A program made the translations under genes and the position numbers. Under the pieces are notes generated by a model. It ran no database searches. It saw nothing but the letters and a program-made list of their open reading frames with translations, and had not been told where the DNA came from. DNA of 51,470 nucleotides from Octopus bimaculoides (taxonomy: Eukaryota), in contig NC_068984.1 in NCBI RefSeq assembly GCF_001194135.2, positions 72,333,305 to 72,384,774 on the forward strand. Direction: 5' to 3'. Below are positions 1 through 13,989 of the stretch, one piece after another. Each line of letters begins with the position of its first letter. The stretch's first letter is position 1.

Positions 1-78
<78 letters not shown>
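1..78. repeat. (TA)n-(TG)n compound microsatellite
   Basis: Directly visible dinucleotide runs. Confidence 0.98.
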
Positions 79-1663
79 TGTGTATGGGTGTATGTACATG
101 TGCAAGTGTATATGTATGTATCTCTCTATATATATATGTATACATGTTATATATACTCATTCATGTCTGCTTATATGCCCGCAATGTATTCTATGCATCC
201 TATGTATATCTTTAATCTCGCAGCTGCATTTTAAATATTTACCTACATATCCTAATCAATTAAGATCGATATGTAAGTCCTATTTGTAATGAATCACATC
301 GACTATTTTTTTTAAATAACTTCCATCCATCCTCAATCATATTTATTTTATTTCAATATCCCAATACTTCATTCATCTTTTTATCTTTCTGTTTATATAT
401 TTGATTCTAAATTTATAGATAAAAAACTTTACTTTCCTCATGAAGCTTGATGTATATGTCATATGCTTCATCTATTTTTTTTTTTTTGACATTCTAAATA
501 ATTATATACCTCCCTCTAGATTTTTTTTAACAGATTCGCTGATTTTTCCTGTCTATTTTCATATGATGCATGTTTCGATCGAAACTTTTCTATACGGTGC
601 ACACATGAAACAATCCATTTTTGTTTTTTAATGTACTTTTAGACATTATTCATATTCACTACATTAGCCTTCAAAGTTCACAACTTGTATCCCCTTTAAT
701 TTCTGGACCCAACACCTTTTATAAAAAAACTGCCTAATGAAATCCTAATGCGTTGCGTACGTAACAGAATTTAAATTTCGTATTTATTTTTATATATCCA
801 AAAAATCTGTTACACTCCTACTCTCTTTCACAAAAAACATGTAGATAGTCTAATCACCGTATTCTTCCTCTTATTAATCTCATTTTGCCTTCTCCGTCGG
901 TTTTTTAGAATGTTAACATCATATTTGATAACCATATCTTCCTTATGAAATTTAATTCCTTAACGGGAACCTCGATATATTCTCATCCTAGTTTCTTACT
1001 GTTTAGCACGTTTAGCATAACATCTATTTCCATTTTTACTTATATCGAACCCGTGTACAACAAACTTAAACATAAGTAATTTATGGATCATTAACAACCG
1101 TATTCTTCTTTTCCCCCTGTCTTTGGTTAATCTCTCTTCTACAAGTCTTCCTACAGTCTAGTATTATTGGTTTTTAAGCTTCTATTTCACTTAACCTAAT
1201 AATCTACCTATAAATTAAATACCTATTAGAACCCCCCCCCCACACACACACACACTTTTTTTATTTTCCGAGTAAACCCCTCTTCCACTACATTTTGTCC
1301 GTTTCCCTACATATATAGGTGTATTTTTCCTGCATATCCATACGCTTGCATATATTTTTTCATATACGTGCATGCGTGTACTTATGTTTATGGTTCATGT
1401 TTATCTATACGCGTGCAACATGTGTTCATATGCATGTTTATTTATTTATTTTCGGGACATATATGCTCAATTAAAACACGTATGAGCCACTACATATTTG
1501 GTATTTCCTAGCCTATTCTCATTAACCTCTCAACTACTTTCAAATATGCACCTACATACCTAATCAAAAACAACCGACAATAAAGCTCCAATGGTCAAGC
1601 ATTACAACGGCTTTTTTTCAAATTTAAACNNNNNNNNNNCCAAGGAACATTTATAAATAGGAG

Positions 1664-1707
1664 GTCTTACAGCTGTTTCCAGGATATTTACTATATCCCT
1701 TCATCGG

Positions 1708-1708
<1 letters not shown>
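1664..1708 (-). ncRNA. Minimal type I hammerhead-ribozyme-like motif, partly degenerate
   Basis: Minus strand reads CCGATGA-agGGATAT agtaa ATATCCtg-GAAA-C(AGCT)G-TA-AGAC. It has a stem II hairpin, GAAA, a palindromic stem III and a GUA triplet. Core C-U-G is changed to C-C-G and the 5' arm of stem I is eroded. Confidence 0.5.
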
Positions 1709-1745
<37 letters not shown>

Positions 1746-3179
1746 CTGTGTGTGTCTGTGTGCTATGTATTAATTTGTTCCCTAATTATAATATTCTGCA
1801 TATTCATATAGTATATCCGCAAATATTCAAAACTTACCAATGAAATTAAATCTCTAAACATTTTTTAACTTTAACCTGCTAACCTTACAAACTTCCCTCA
1901 AAAGATATAATGATCACCCAAGTGGTGTTAGCGCTTTTTGAACCCTGAAGAAGTTCAACTATAAAATAGTATAAACGTATCAATTTCCTTCACATTAAAC
2001 AACATGCTTTGGAGATTTACATTTAATTATTAGTTTGGCAGAAACATATATATAGGTTTTTCATACGTTTTTCATTAACTTTTTGAGTTTCAGACTTCCA
2101 AATAATTTGTAATATTTTGTAAAAATCATCTTTTTACATCATGCAAATAAATCAATATTTACATCCATTTATACTCTATTTTCTGTTTTTCTTGCTTTTC
2201 CTTCAATATTAAAAAATTTCAAAAGCCCTAAACATATACAAATGACTTTGCTATTATATCAAATAGACTGAACCAGTGGAATACCCTGAATTATATAATC
2301 CCTCATGACGACTTAANNNNNNNNNNNNNNNNNNNNNNNNNNNNNNNNNNNNNNNNNNNNNNNNNNNNNNNNNNNNNNNNNNNNNNNNNNNNNNNNNNNN
2401 NNNNNNNNNNNNNNNNNNNNNNNNNNNNNNNNNNNNNNNNNNNNNNNNNNNNNNNNNNNNNNNNNNNNNNNNNNNNNNNNNNNNNNNNNNNNNNNNNNNN
2501 NNNNNNNNNNNNNNNNNNNNNNNNNNNNNNNNNNNNNNNNNNNNNNNNNNNNNNNNNNNNNNNNNNNNNNNNNNNNNNNNNNNNNNNNNNNNNNNNNNNN
2601 NNNNNNNNNNNNNNNNNNNNNNNNNNNNNNNNNNNNNNNNNNNNNNNNNNNNNNNNNNNNNNNNNNNNNNNNNNNNNNNNNNNNNNNNNNNNNNNNNNNN
2701 NTATATATATATATATATATCACCCAACTCAAGTTATGCGTATTCTAATTAAAAATTTATATTAACATATTTAGTGCAACAATCTATAAATCTTCACTCC
2801 ATAATGACAGATAATATTGATCAATGACTAATTACAAGTTAGATCACATTTTCTGCATATATCACATCTGCTGTCCTATTCGCAAATTCAGTTTTTTTTT
2901 TCTTGGAGTATAACTTGCTACATATATTTCCTTAGTTCCCCCTTATAGTTTCATGTACGAATCGTGTCTGTTTCCTTTATAACTGTGTTTTTCTCTTCAT
3001 ATATACAGCTTCAAAATCGAATGTTGAATCTGGATTATCGTTTGAAAATTAGATGCATTAAACTATTTGATTAAACGTGTGCATACATATATCTTTTATG
3101 CTTTATCTTTGAAATATTAATTGTGATAGTATCAACCTGTTATATAACAAAAAAATTTTTTTTTATTTCAGCAGATATC

Positions 3180-3288
3180 ATGTCCTCTGTTAGGAGTTTT
3201 GTTAATTCAGTGATGCCAAGGCTAAGGGCAACATTTCTTTATCAATTTCGCTATAGACAAGTGGCATTATTCAGAAAATATTATTCAG
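3180..3288 (+). CDS. Probable first coding exon with a mitochondrial-presequence-like N-terminus (MSSVRSFVNSVMPRLRATFLYQFRYRQVALFRKYYS)
   Basis: T-rich acceptor ttttttttatttcag/cag ends at 3171/3174, ATG is at 3180, the frame is open, and a consensus donor CAG|GTAAGT starts at 3289 (phase 1). The peptide is Arg-rich, has no acidic residues and ends in RKYYS. Confidence 0.6.
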
Positions 3289-3550
3289 GTAAGTAGAATC
3301 GAGCATATTTTGTCTCATTAGACTTAGCCATCTCAGTGCTTACCAAAAGTACGGATTATGATACCTTATTAACTAATGGAGAAAGGGAATCAGAAGATTA
3401 ATGTTTGCTTCACACTTTGTCTGTGCAAAGCATTTCTGTAAATTTGTTTTAAGCGAACATGCTTGTTTGAAGACATTTAGCCTGCCCTTGTTTCAAACGT
3501 CCTTAGTAATATGAAGCAATATATGTAAGATAATGCATATATTTCATAAG

Positions 3551-3595
3551 ACCAAATGAAGCTGAAGGTTAGAAATACGTATGGCGGCTCCTACC
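3551..3595 (+). CDS. Candidate 45-nt phase 1-1 exon (DQMKLKVRNTYGGSY)
   Basis: Weak acceptor tttcataag and a perfect donor GTAAGT at 3596. It continues the frame of the 3180-3288 exon without a stop. Confidence 0.3.
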
Positions 3596-3845
3596 GTAAG
3601 TAGTTACCACTTGCCAGGAATGTGCTTAACATGTCAACTGGTCAATCCAATAAACTTATTGGTTATTTAAGCAATGTGTTCGTGGATGGTTAACGGATTG
3701 GATGTCGTGCTGCAGGAAGGGTAACAACTGTTGAAATATGCATATACTCCTATAACGTATTTTCTATCGTTAATCTTATTGCTTACATAGACGAATTCGT
3801 ATATGAAACGTCCCATGTATATCCATACATATACACATACACACA

Positions 3846-3970
<125 letters not shown>

Positions 3971-5750
3971 GTATTTCGTTAACTGAATTTTAGTAACATG
4001 TGTTCGTTTTCACCATACTTAAGTAGTGTCATCAGCTACCCTTCTTCTTTTTGAACTTTACTTTTCTTAGAAGTAGAACATGTTTATATGCTATATCGGG
4101 ATGTCTTCCAATTTATTAGTTCTAGATTATGTGTGGTATATATTTTCATTGGAAAGCATTCTCAGATTCATTATTCAAATTATGAAGAGGCGATAGAATA
4201 TGCAACTGTAATACATTTATCACAAATATGTTCGGGACAGTGATTTATGTCAAGCAACCAATAATAGATATTAAGTTTTTGATATTATATTTTTGTTATA
4301 TATTTACCTCCTAACTAGTATTTCGCAATGTTAATCACTTAAATAAATTTCTGTGTGAAAATCATAGTTTACTCTAGGAAGTAAATGGAATTATATTTCT
4401 CACGTTTAACACAACAATCCCAATAGGTTTAACTTCAGCACATTAGACTTTGCCACTCTCGCCATAAAGAGAAAATTCGTAACTTGGTAAGTCAAGGAAC
4501 CTGGAGAATGCAAGTCATGGAAAGTTCTGACATATTGCGTCGTAAAGGAATTTTTATTGTAGCATTGGTAATATTACAGAACTCAACCAGATTTTGCTTT
4601 AAAAAGGAAGTGATTTGCAATTCTTGTCGAAATGGCGACATGCCGTTTCTAATAATCCGAGTTCAGCACTCAAACATAGGAATTCAGTTAGCAGGAAAAA
4701 TAAAAATACATGAAACAACATTTAACCTCCATCAATCACGTTAACTATCCCAATTCTCCATCCAAAGTTTTTAGAATGTTGTAAAAATATTTTCTGTGAT
4801 TGTGAATCCCAGATAATTAAATTATATGAAATATACTACTGGTGGGAAGGTAAAAACAGATATGATCAAAATGGCAATGATAACAACAGCAACAACAGTC
4901 AGACGACCTCTGCAATGCCGATGTTGATGATGACGACATTAAAATGTTATATTTGTAACAATAGTAGTGGATGAGTGCTACACGAAGCATTTACAAAAGG
5001 TTTGTTGATTTTAGCTGAAATCCAGTGAGTGGAAAACAGAAAGTGAAAAGAATATGCTAGTATAAACAGTACATGTAATTATCACACAATTACATTGATA
5101 CCTTGGTTAAATGAAATAACCTACCTCCTTAATCCTTAATTGGGATTACTCTCTTCAAAGAGTAGGTCTCCTTCGTCGGCATTCATTCCCTACCCCACAG
5201 GCGCATACAGGTAATCGGTCCGTCTGTTCGGGCAATGAATAACTCTTACACCTGCATTTGGATATATTTACTTGAAAGCAGCATTTCAGTCGTGCTACTC
5301 TTGCGTTTGTCGTAAAGTGGAAAAAAGGATTAACCAAGTGCAGGCTTCGTCAAAGAACAAAGTGTCGTTCTAACAAAAGATGAAACATATCTTACTTACC
5401 TCTACGTTACTAACTATAGTTAGATCATAACTATGTATGAAAAAGCTTCATGCAAATGTAGATTTTGCATTATTTGTCTCTGTGTTTGAATCATATCTGA
5501 TAGCGACGTCTTACACGTTTCACCTAAGAGTACAATTTTGTAACTCCTTTTAGTGAATGAAACACGTGTTTCAAATAAATAATACCAAACATTTTTTCTA
5601 ATCTAATCTCTTTTGATTTCTCGTCAAAGACATGTTTTCCAGAAGGTTCAACTCATAAGTAAACCTTACACAAATATAACATCTACCTGCGATTTTAGAG
5701 TACAAGAATAAGCAGAGGTGCTTCAAGAGGACACAATTTGCATTATAACC

Positions 5751-5796
5751 CTATGTATGTATGTATGTATGTATGTATGTATGTATGTATGTATGT

Positions 5797-5876
<80 letters not shown>
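5751..5876. repeat. (TATG)n-(TG)n microsatellite
   Basis: Visible runs. Confidence 0.95.
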
Positions 5877-5878
<2 letters not shown>

Positions 5879-6734
5879 AATGAATGATTTTGCTCAAGGG
5901 TCTGTATGCGCGTGTGCGATTAATACTTGTTAATACTTCAACGAAAAGTAAATTATCGAGTAACCACCTACGTGCATTTGATAAATTATTGATACATGTT
6001 GTGTGGTTATGTGTATGCACGTGCATGTCTGAGAGTTATATATGGGAAAGCACTAATCTACAATAGACTACAGTTTTCTATTTTACCATTTTTCTCTTGG
6101 TAATCACTGTAGAATCACGATTGCTGAACATACATAAACGAAAACATCAACAGTACACTCATATTTGTATTGCTCCAGAAATGTAGAGGATACAACGATT
6201 ACTAAAACGATGTAAAGAAAAAAATTAAAGACAATCAGAATTACAATAGCATAATAGCAAATGATTTTATATTTGAAATGATTATCTTGGAGAAATTGAG
6301 GCAAAACAATTTTGTTTTCATTTATTTCTAGTTAATTTTGAAAATAAAACAATATCAGAAAAAAGTCATAGCAGTTCATACCTTCGAGAAAACATAAAAA
6401 GCAATATTTGTATGAGATTGTATCTAATGATTATGCTAAGATTATTTTCTGTCACAAAAGATACAATATTAGTAATATCATTCCCTTAAGATTGTAGGTT
6501 CATTTGTTGTTAATAGAAGCGATATAAGCTAAAGAAATAAGTTATTCTAATGATTACAATTTTCTATAAACTATCTTTTATATATATATAAATATGTGTG
6601 TGTTTATTCACACACATATATATATATATTTGTGTATCTATTTATTATGTATGTGTATATATGTGTATGGTGCATACAAACACACACACACACACACATA
6701 TATATAGATATATATACATTTTTTATTCATTAAG

Positions 6735-6775
6735 GCCATGCGGCTGCGGCCATGCTGGTGCACAACCTTGATTTT
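6735..6775 (-). mobile_element. SINE 3' fragment
   Basis: gctgcggccatgctggtgcac is the reverse complement of the SINE tail seen at 51405-51430. Confidence 0.55.
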
Positions 6776-6859
6776 GCGTCTTTACTCATGATTCTCCATC
6801 GGCCTGTGGGTGGTGGGTTTCACCTCAGTACTCCTGTACGTCTTCGTTTTGGATGTGTA

Positions 6860-8600
6860 TCTGTCTAGTGTATGAGGGAGTTCGGCTTTGCAGACTCGTC
6901 CGCATCTCATACCGAGCCGTCGGCTTACCCAGTATGAAGGGGAGGAAAATGTCTAGGTCCGTTACGAAGACATTTACGTCTACATTGTATAGGTTTCTTA
7001 ATTTTTGTGGAAGTGCATTGAATAGCTGTGGACTTTTGAATCTTAGACTATTGCCTGTTCCTGATCCTGAATTTAGATGGAATGGACGGAACCATTGGTT
7101 TTATGCAACAGCATCATATTATGCAACATCGTCGCTATCCCTTTCAGAATTTTCTATGTGTAGTTTATAACATATCTATCGTGCCTTCGCTGCAGGAAGT
7201 AAAGTTGTTTTCAACCTTTCTTTGTAGCTCATTTGCTGCACTGTTACAATCATTTTAGTGCAATGACGTTGGAACTCTTTCAGTTCCGTTGTTAGTTTGG
7301 CACTATGCGGTGACCATAGCTGAGAGTAGTAGTCCAGGTGGCTGGGAGCAAAGGCTGCCATTTTGGTAATGTGCATATGAAATGATGCATCATTGCACAT
7401 TCTTATCCCCAAGCCTGTCACTGATTGTGACATTGAAATTTTGGCATCGTCGGATCCTATATATCCCAGATGCAGTGCATTTTTGAGCTGATAGTACAGT
7501 GCTTCAAATGTTTCAGCATTAAACAGCATGATGCTTACTTCAGCTCACTTGTACATTGCATTCAGGTCCTGCTATAAGCCTACGATGTTATCTGGGTTTT
7601 TGTTGCCTGCGATAATTATGTATCATCGGCGTAGTTATTGACAACGTACGTTTGAGTGATCATGGGCTGGTCTACGAAAGCTATTATAGACAGTAATGGT
7701 TGAAAGACAGTTCCGACAATGACTCCATTTAAAATGTGAGCTTCCTAGGGAGGAGGAATCATTGGCTGCGACTACCTGACTTCTGTCTTTTAAGATGTCA
7801 TACAGCCACACTCCAAATGTGGCAGCAACCCCAAGGTCTCGCAACTTGTGACATGTCAGTCCATAACCTACCTTATCGAAGGCTTTTCGAAGTCAAGATA
7901 TGTTACAATGACACCTAAATGATCAAGCAGATCTTTCAGAAGTCAGTCATAGTGCAATAAAAGTTGTGTAAGGCACTTTCTTCCTGGACGGCATTTATGT
8001 TGTGTATTGTTCAGTAAGTCACTTTCTACTATAAACATTATAAGTTTCTTTGTGATGATTCGTTACATGATTTTACTAATATATAAAGTAAGAAAGATTG
8101 GCCTGTAGTTTTTGACCTCTGCTCCTATCTTTCGGGATAGTGCATATAATACCTTATTTTAGCTTTTTATGAAGTTTACCTCTTGTAACTCTGGAAAAAT
8201 ATCTGAAGTGGTTTCGCTAAAGTTTACTTACATCACTTCAGGAAAATAGCTTGAACGCCATTGAAACCAGTTGCTGAGCTTGATCACATTTAACCAATAG
8301 CCGCTGTTACATCTGCCTCAGTGTAATTGGTGGTTGCTACTTTTTTATAGGACTGCAATATTAAAGACTTCAGCCGATTTTTTTATCTGAATTATCTGAA
8401 TATGTTCCAGGTGGGGGAGGTGAAAACAATTTTTAAATTGTTCACTGAGTATCTCACCGATCCCTTTTGAATTCGTGGTGAGTGAGCCATCCCTTGAAGT
8501 AATGGTCCAATTTCACATTGTATCGTAACTCTTCCTTTGAAAGTTTATAGAAAGTTTTAGGATTTGGTTTTATGCTTTCCTCAGTTCTATATCTCTCGCT
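6860..8600 (-). pseudogene. Decayed CR1-like LINE (RT core and C-terminus)
   Basis: Minus-strand translations give YADDT (about 7620-7634), WLYDILKDRSQVV, YYSQLWSPH...FQRHCTKMI...MSYKERLK and QLFNALPQKLRN...DLDIFL. These are typical CR1 ORF2 motifs, broken by stops and frameshifts. The right boundary is approximate. Confidence 0.8.
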
Positions 8601-8949
8601 CTGCTCTTTCCTGTTCATGAAACAGTTTGATTTGGTCTTCGATTTCCAGGAGCATCCTTATTAAAGTAGATTTATAAAATTTAAACTCCATATTTTATAA
8701 AATTTAAACTCTGGTCTAGCTCATATGAGGTCACAAACTGGTTTAAGAACCTCAATAACGAAAATAGATAAAGATTTATGCAAATTGCCAGCAATAACTA
8801 TTACGTGTGTATAAACCTTATCCTACTAAATAAAGTAATTCTATTTACTAGAAAAAAATTCCTAACTAATCACGGGACGAATTCGCGTGATTTTAGCAGC
8901 TAGAAAATCTATAAAACTGAAAGATACGTACTGGGTTAGAAAAGATAAA

Positions 8950-9980
8950 CAGGGAATACTTGATATTACTATGAGATCAACATACTCAGCACAAGTTACT
9001 GACTTGTAGGAATATACTTATAGATAGTGTAGCTTAAGCAAAGAGTTTTCTTATTTGGGAGGAAGTCTATAGGGGATGATGTATTTTTCACTCTAGAATA
9101 GGCAGATAGAGAAATACAAGAAGCGATTTCTTAAATTTGTTAAGAACCTAGGACTCTCCATCTCTACGGAAAAAGAACACAACGCTGCCAACTTTCTTGA
9201 TATCACTTTAGATCTAAGTGCAGAAACCTATACACCTAATCATAAGCCAAACACAAACCTAAAATACATAAATAGAATAGAAACTCTAACCATCCTAGAA
9301 ATATAACTCAGAAAATAATTGAAAACGTTTCTACACATTTCTAATTTATCAGCTAATGAAGAAATTTTTAAACAAAATGAAAACTATACAACGTAGCATT
9401 ATGTAAGGCAGGATATAGAGAAAAATAATCATTTAACAACAAAAATACAGATGTTGGAAAAAAAAGAAAAAGAAAAAGCATAATAACCGTGATGGTAGTA
9501 CTGTAATCAGCGCAAGTAAAAATGATAATAGCAAAAATAGTAAAAGAAAGGAACATATGCAAATTAGACAATAACCATAGAATACCAGTTACAGAGAGGA
9601 ATAATAATGATTTTAAGAAAATGGAGCCATATAAACTGATAAGAAATTTTGCTAGTAATAGAAACTTTAGTTCGAATTACCCTAACGAAGCAGATAATAA
9701 ATATGTAAACCTGCCTAGTAAAAATACACAAATAACAAATGTGATGAAAAGCAGACCAAATATGAAAACCAAAGTAATAGGATAAGTATTTTTAATAAGA
9801 AAATAAAAAAATCTCTCTAGGAATATACTATCTGATAATACGGAATGGTATATTATTCCTTTCAGTAAGCAAATTATTTCCAACATTCTGAAAGTATTCT
9901 ATTCGGCTTTCCAAACATAGAAAATATTATCGTATATTTAACAAGCACAAAATTAGAATAGCATTTTCCAATAATAGTAA
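8950..9980 (+). pseudogene. Penelope-like element RT C-terminal/thumb fragment
   Basis: Frameshifted YR-DD at about 9067, then KNLGLSISTE...NFLDITLDLSAETYTPNHKPN, SNHP, ISNLSANEEIFKQ, ALCKAGY and WYIIPFSK. These match PLE RT motifs (FLDxTxDL...KP...SNHP; WFNPPFS). Confidence 0.7.
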
Positions 9981-10747
9981 ACTGGAAGGAATCATTGCAG
10001 CACAGAACACGAAGAGATTAAATAATTTCTATGAGAAAGGTATTAATTATAACCGGAAGGGAAATAATAATTTAATATCAAACAGTAATGAAATAGGCGT
10101 TATTGATAGATATAGTAATATGAAACAGCTGCAATAAAGGAACCAATATATGGGAAGCAACTGATAATGATCCTAAGACGAGACTGGAGAGGGAAGGCAA
10201 GAACGCTTGAAAGTTCAGTACTGCGAAAGTAAAAAAATAAAAATAGAGCTAATAACCAAAGGTATAGCTAGAAGGAAATTAATAGAAGGAAATAACAAGT
10301 ACTAACACAAACACTACAATGGAAAGCGTTATTTAGAATGTAAAATATCAGAAAGGTATGAACAACTTACAACACCGGAAAAGTGACCCAGAGTATAGAA
10401 ATAAGCAAGTAAAAATTTGGGATATTACAGAAATATCAAAGTTATCTTTACTTTAAAAATATACACATATTAAATAAGTTTTATTTAGATAGGAAGATCA
10501 TATTTGAAATGACATAAGCTGAATTTCGAAATGCAGTAACTATATCGTAAATTTGAAAATTAGTCCTATAGAGAATGACTTCAGTTATACGCCATTTTCA
10601 TATTTTATTGTTCTGGTTAAATATGAAATTACCGAATACTGATGAAATGTTTACTCAAAATTGCGCTTTCAGATCCGTGTATCGAATTTGCGACGTGCTG
10701 TCGATCGTCAATAGGTAATCAACATCTTACCAGGATGTGTTGCTTAC

Positions 10748-10925
10748 CCTTTGATATATATATATATTAACAACAGAGGCGGTATTAATACCGACAAGTG
10801 GTAATATAATTGCCACATAAACGCGCATATTCCCTTTGTACAATCCCTAATGCGGCAGATATCATTAAAGAAACTATCATATTGGCATTTGTTGCAAAAT
10901 GCTCTGCTCAATACTACATTTGCCG
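10748..10925 (-). CDS. Candidate internal exon, Cys-rich then hydrophobic (ANVVLSRAFCNKCQYDSFFNDICRIRDCTKGICAFMWQLYYHLSVLIPPLLLIYIYIKG)
   Basis: Acceptor attttag and donor AGG|GTAAGC; one frame is open across all 178 nt. No family recognised. Confidence 0.35.
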
Positions 10926-11053
10926 CTAAAATATGTGTATGTGTGTGCGTGCGCATATGAGTGTGTGTGCGTGCGTGCGCATATGAGTATGTGTGTGTGT
11001 GCGCGCGCTTGTGTTTTTTGTCTATAGATATATAGGTGGATGTTTGAGCGTAT

Positions 11054-11222
<169 letters not shown>

Positions 11223-11408
11223 TATATTATTTATAAATGACTCAACGAGGAGAGACATTAGGTAACAGTACTTTAAAGTAAAGACTATTTGCCAAGCCAC
11301 CATAACGTGGCAGTCCCGTTTGAGACGAATGCTACTCTTGTTTAGCTGCAGGAAACACCGTCTCCCGCTGGCTATACGACACAATATCTGCGTCGTTATA
11401 TTTTCAAC

Positions 11409-11469
<61 letters not shown>

Positions 11470-12799
11470 GCGTATATATATATAGAAATTAGAGGTTGAT
11501 TCCGCTAATTATTTCACCATAAATAGGTATGAACATTCTAAGGTCGAAGAATAGTTCTAGCATATTCATTTGCTTTATATTAAGCGCAACATACACTATA
11601 TAACATCTTGTATTATATGATGTCATATAACTGCCTCAAATACATACTCGTTTGTCTCGCAGACAAGTTAGATCTTTATCGTAGCACGCTCATTGATTAT
11701 ATATCGCAGGACATTTCCAAATTCTTGTAGGCATTAAATATTAACGAAAATCAGAATTATGTGTATATATTATTGTTATTTTTTATCTTTTTCATTGGTG
11801 ATTCTCGTATTGCCTGGCTTCTGTTATTTTTCTTACCTTTTCATTCCATGAAAAAGTGTACGCACATATACCTGCAAGTAATTATGCATTCGAGTATAAG
11901 TTGTCACAAAATCAACTGCTTTGATATGTAACGTGCCCGACATTTATTTCCGACTTGCATCATCATTTGAAATACTGTTAAATATATATTGGAAGGCAAA
12001 TAGAACTAATGGAATTACGGAAGGTGCCGGGTAAAAACACACAAATTTATACATATTTGTTTTATCACCTATTATAATACTGCTTTAATATTTCCTCAAG
12101 AGTCACTCTCCTCATCCTTCCAAATTGCTGACGATGATTAAAATGAAAAAGCAAGTCACACTATTATCGTTCAACCAAGAATGACTTACTATTATGCAAA
12201 TATATATAAACCGAGACATATACTTGTTTCCATGGGAATAAATAGCTTTCACATTTAATTATTGGCTGTTGTTAAGAATGATGTTAGTGATATCTGATGA
12301 ATTCATATATAAAACTGATACCGATATACAATCCTCTATCCAAACTGTCAACAAGCACGCGTAAGCCTAATACGATACAAAGATTAACTATATAGATGTA
12401 TACATACACGACGCGACTGTATCGATTGCAGAACTTTATCCATGAGTTAAGGCAGGGTATCCAAAATATGTATAAGCAGCCTTTCACATAAAAACGCCAG
12501 TTAAATGCGAAACTGGAATACAGATAAAGAAGCAATTCAGTATAAAGTATACCCACATGACATTTTCATCAAAGAATGTCGATCTAATAATTCTCTTAGA
12601 GAAAATGATATACACATCGGAATAATATTTTCAACGATAAAAAGGAGCTAAGTAACAATGAATTCAGTATAATCAGTACGTGACTATCCACAGGCATTGC
12701 CTGCTTCAGTTTATAACACTTGTGCGGTATAAAACCAAAATTCATGATAGCCACACAGACACAGATTCACATATATCCATACATACACACATGTACATT

Positions 12800-12850
<51 letters not shown>

Positions 12851-13916
12851 CACGCACGCACGCACACACACACACACACATATATATATATANNNNNNNN
12901 NNNNNNNNNNNNNNNNNNNNNNNNNNNNNNNNNNNNNNNNNNNNNNNNNNNNNNNNNNNNNNNNNNNNNNNNNNNNNNNNNNNNNNNNNNNNNNNNNNNN
13001 NNNNNNNNNNNNNNNNNNNNNNNNNNNNNNNNNNNNNNNNNNNNNNNNNNNNNNNNNNNNNNNNNNNNNNNNNNNNNNNNNNNNNNNNNNNNNNNNNNNN
13101 NNNNNNNNNNNNNNNNNNNNNNNNNNNNNNNNNNNNNNNNNNNNNNNNNNNNNNNNNNNATATATATATGCATGTATCCATACATATCTATATATATAGA
13201 CATACATAAATATGTAATATCTATTCACATGTATCTAAATATAAATATATATATATATATTATATAATATTATGTTACATTATGTTATAGTATATAATAC
13301 TGCATTATATTATACTATATTATATTATATAAACAGGAAACCAGTTTTAAGTATAAAATGGTGATAGATATAACTCGACTACAGATTTATGTATTTATTT
13401 ACTTCATTGTTTCCTGCGACGTTAAATGAAAATGCATAAAAAGACGATATCAAGGAGGCACAAGGGAAATGTAAAAAAAACAAGAAGGTAATGATAATAT
13501 TAAAGCGAAGCGATTCTAAATGCATGCATTGCATTGAAGGTGTATATGCACATAGATATATATAAATATATACATACACATATATACCTACATACACATG
13601 CACACACATGCACACATACAAACTCACGCACATAAAAACACACATACAAACACACACACAAACACACACACACACACACACAAATATATATTTAGATATA
13701 GATATAAATATATAGATATATAAATATTTGTGTTTCATTAGGTGGAAAATGGTTTTCGAAGCAAAATATTATGGAGACGTATTACGTATGTATTTACACA
13801 CAAATGCACCCACAGGCGTGTACACACACGTGCTCACGCACACATTCACACACAAATACTCTCGTAGATACACACGCACATATTGACACACATGTGTGTC
13901 TGTTTGCGCATACATG

Positions 13917-13989
<73 letters not shown>

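Noticed and set aside
1946-1985. CTGAAGA...ACTAT aaa ATAGT...AAACGTATC, hammerhead-like
   Set aside because: GAAA is broken and there is no stem I; too degenerate.
4439-4486. 48-nt segment with acceptor ttcag and donor GTAAGT
   Set aside because: Gives an immediate TAG in the phase required by the upstream exons; no independent support.
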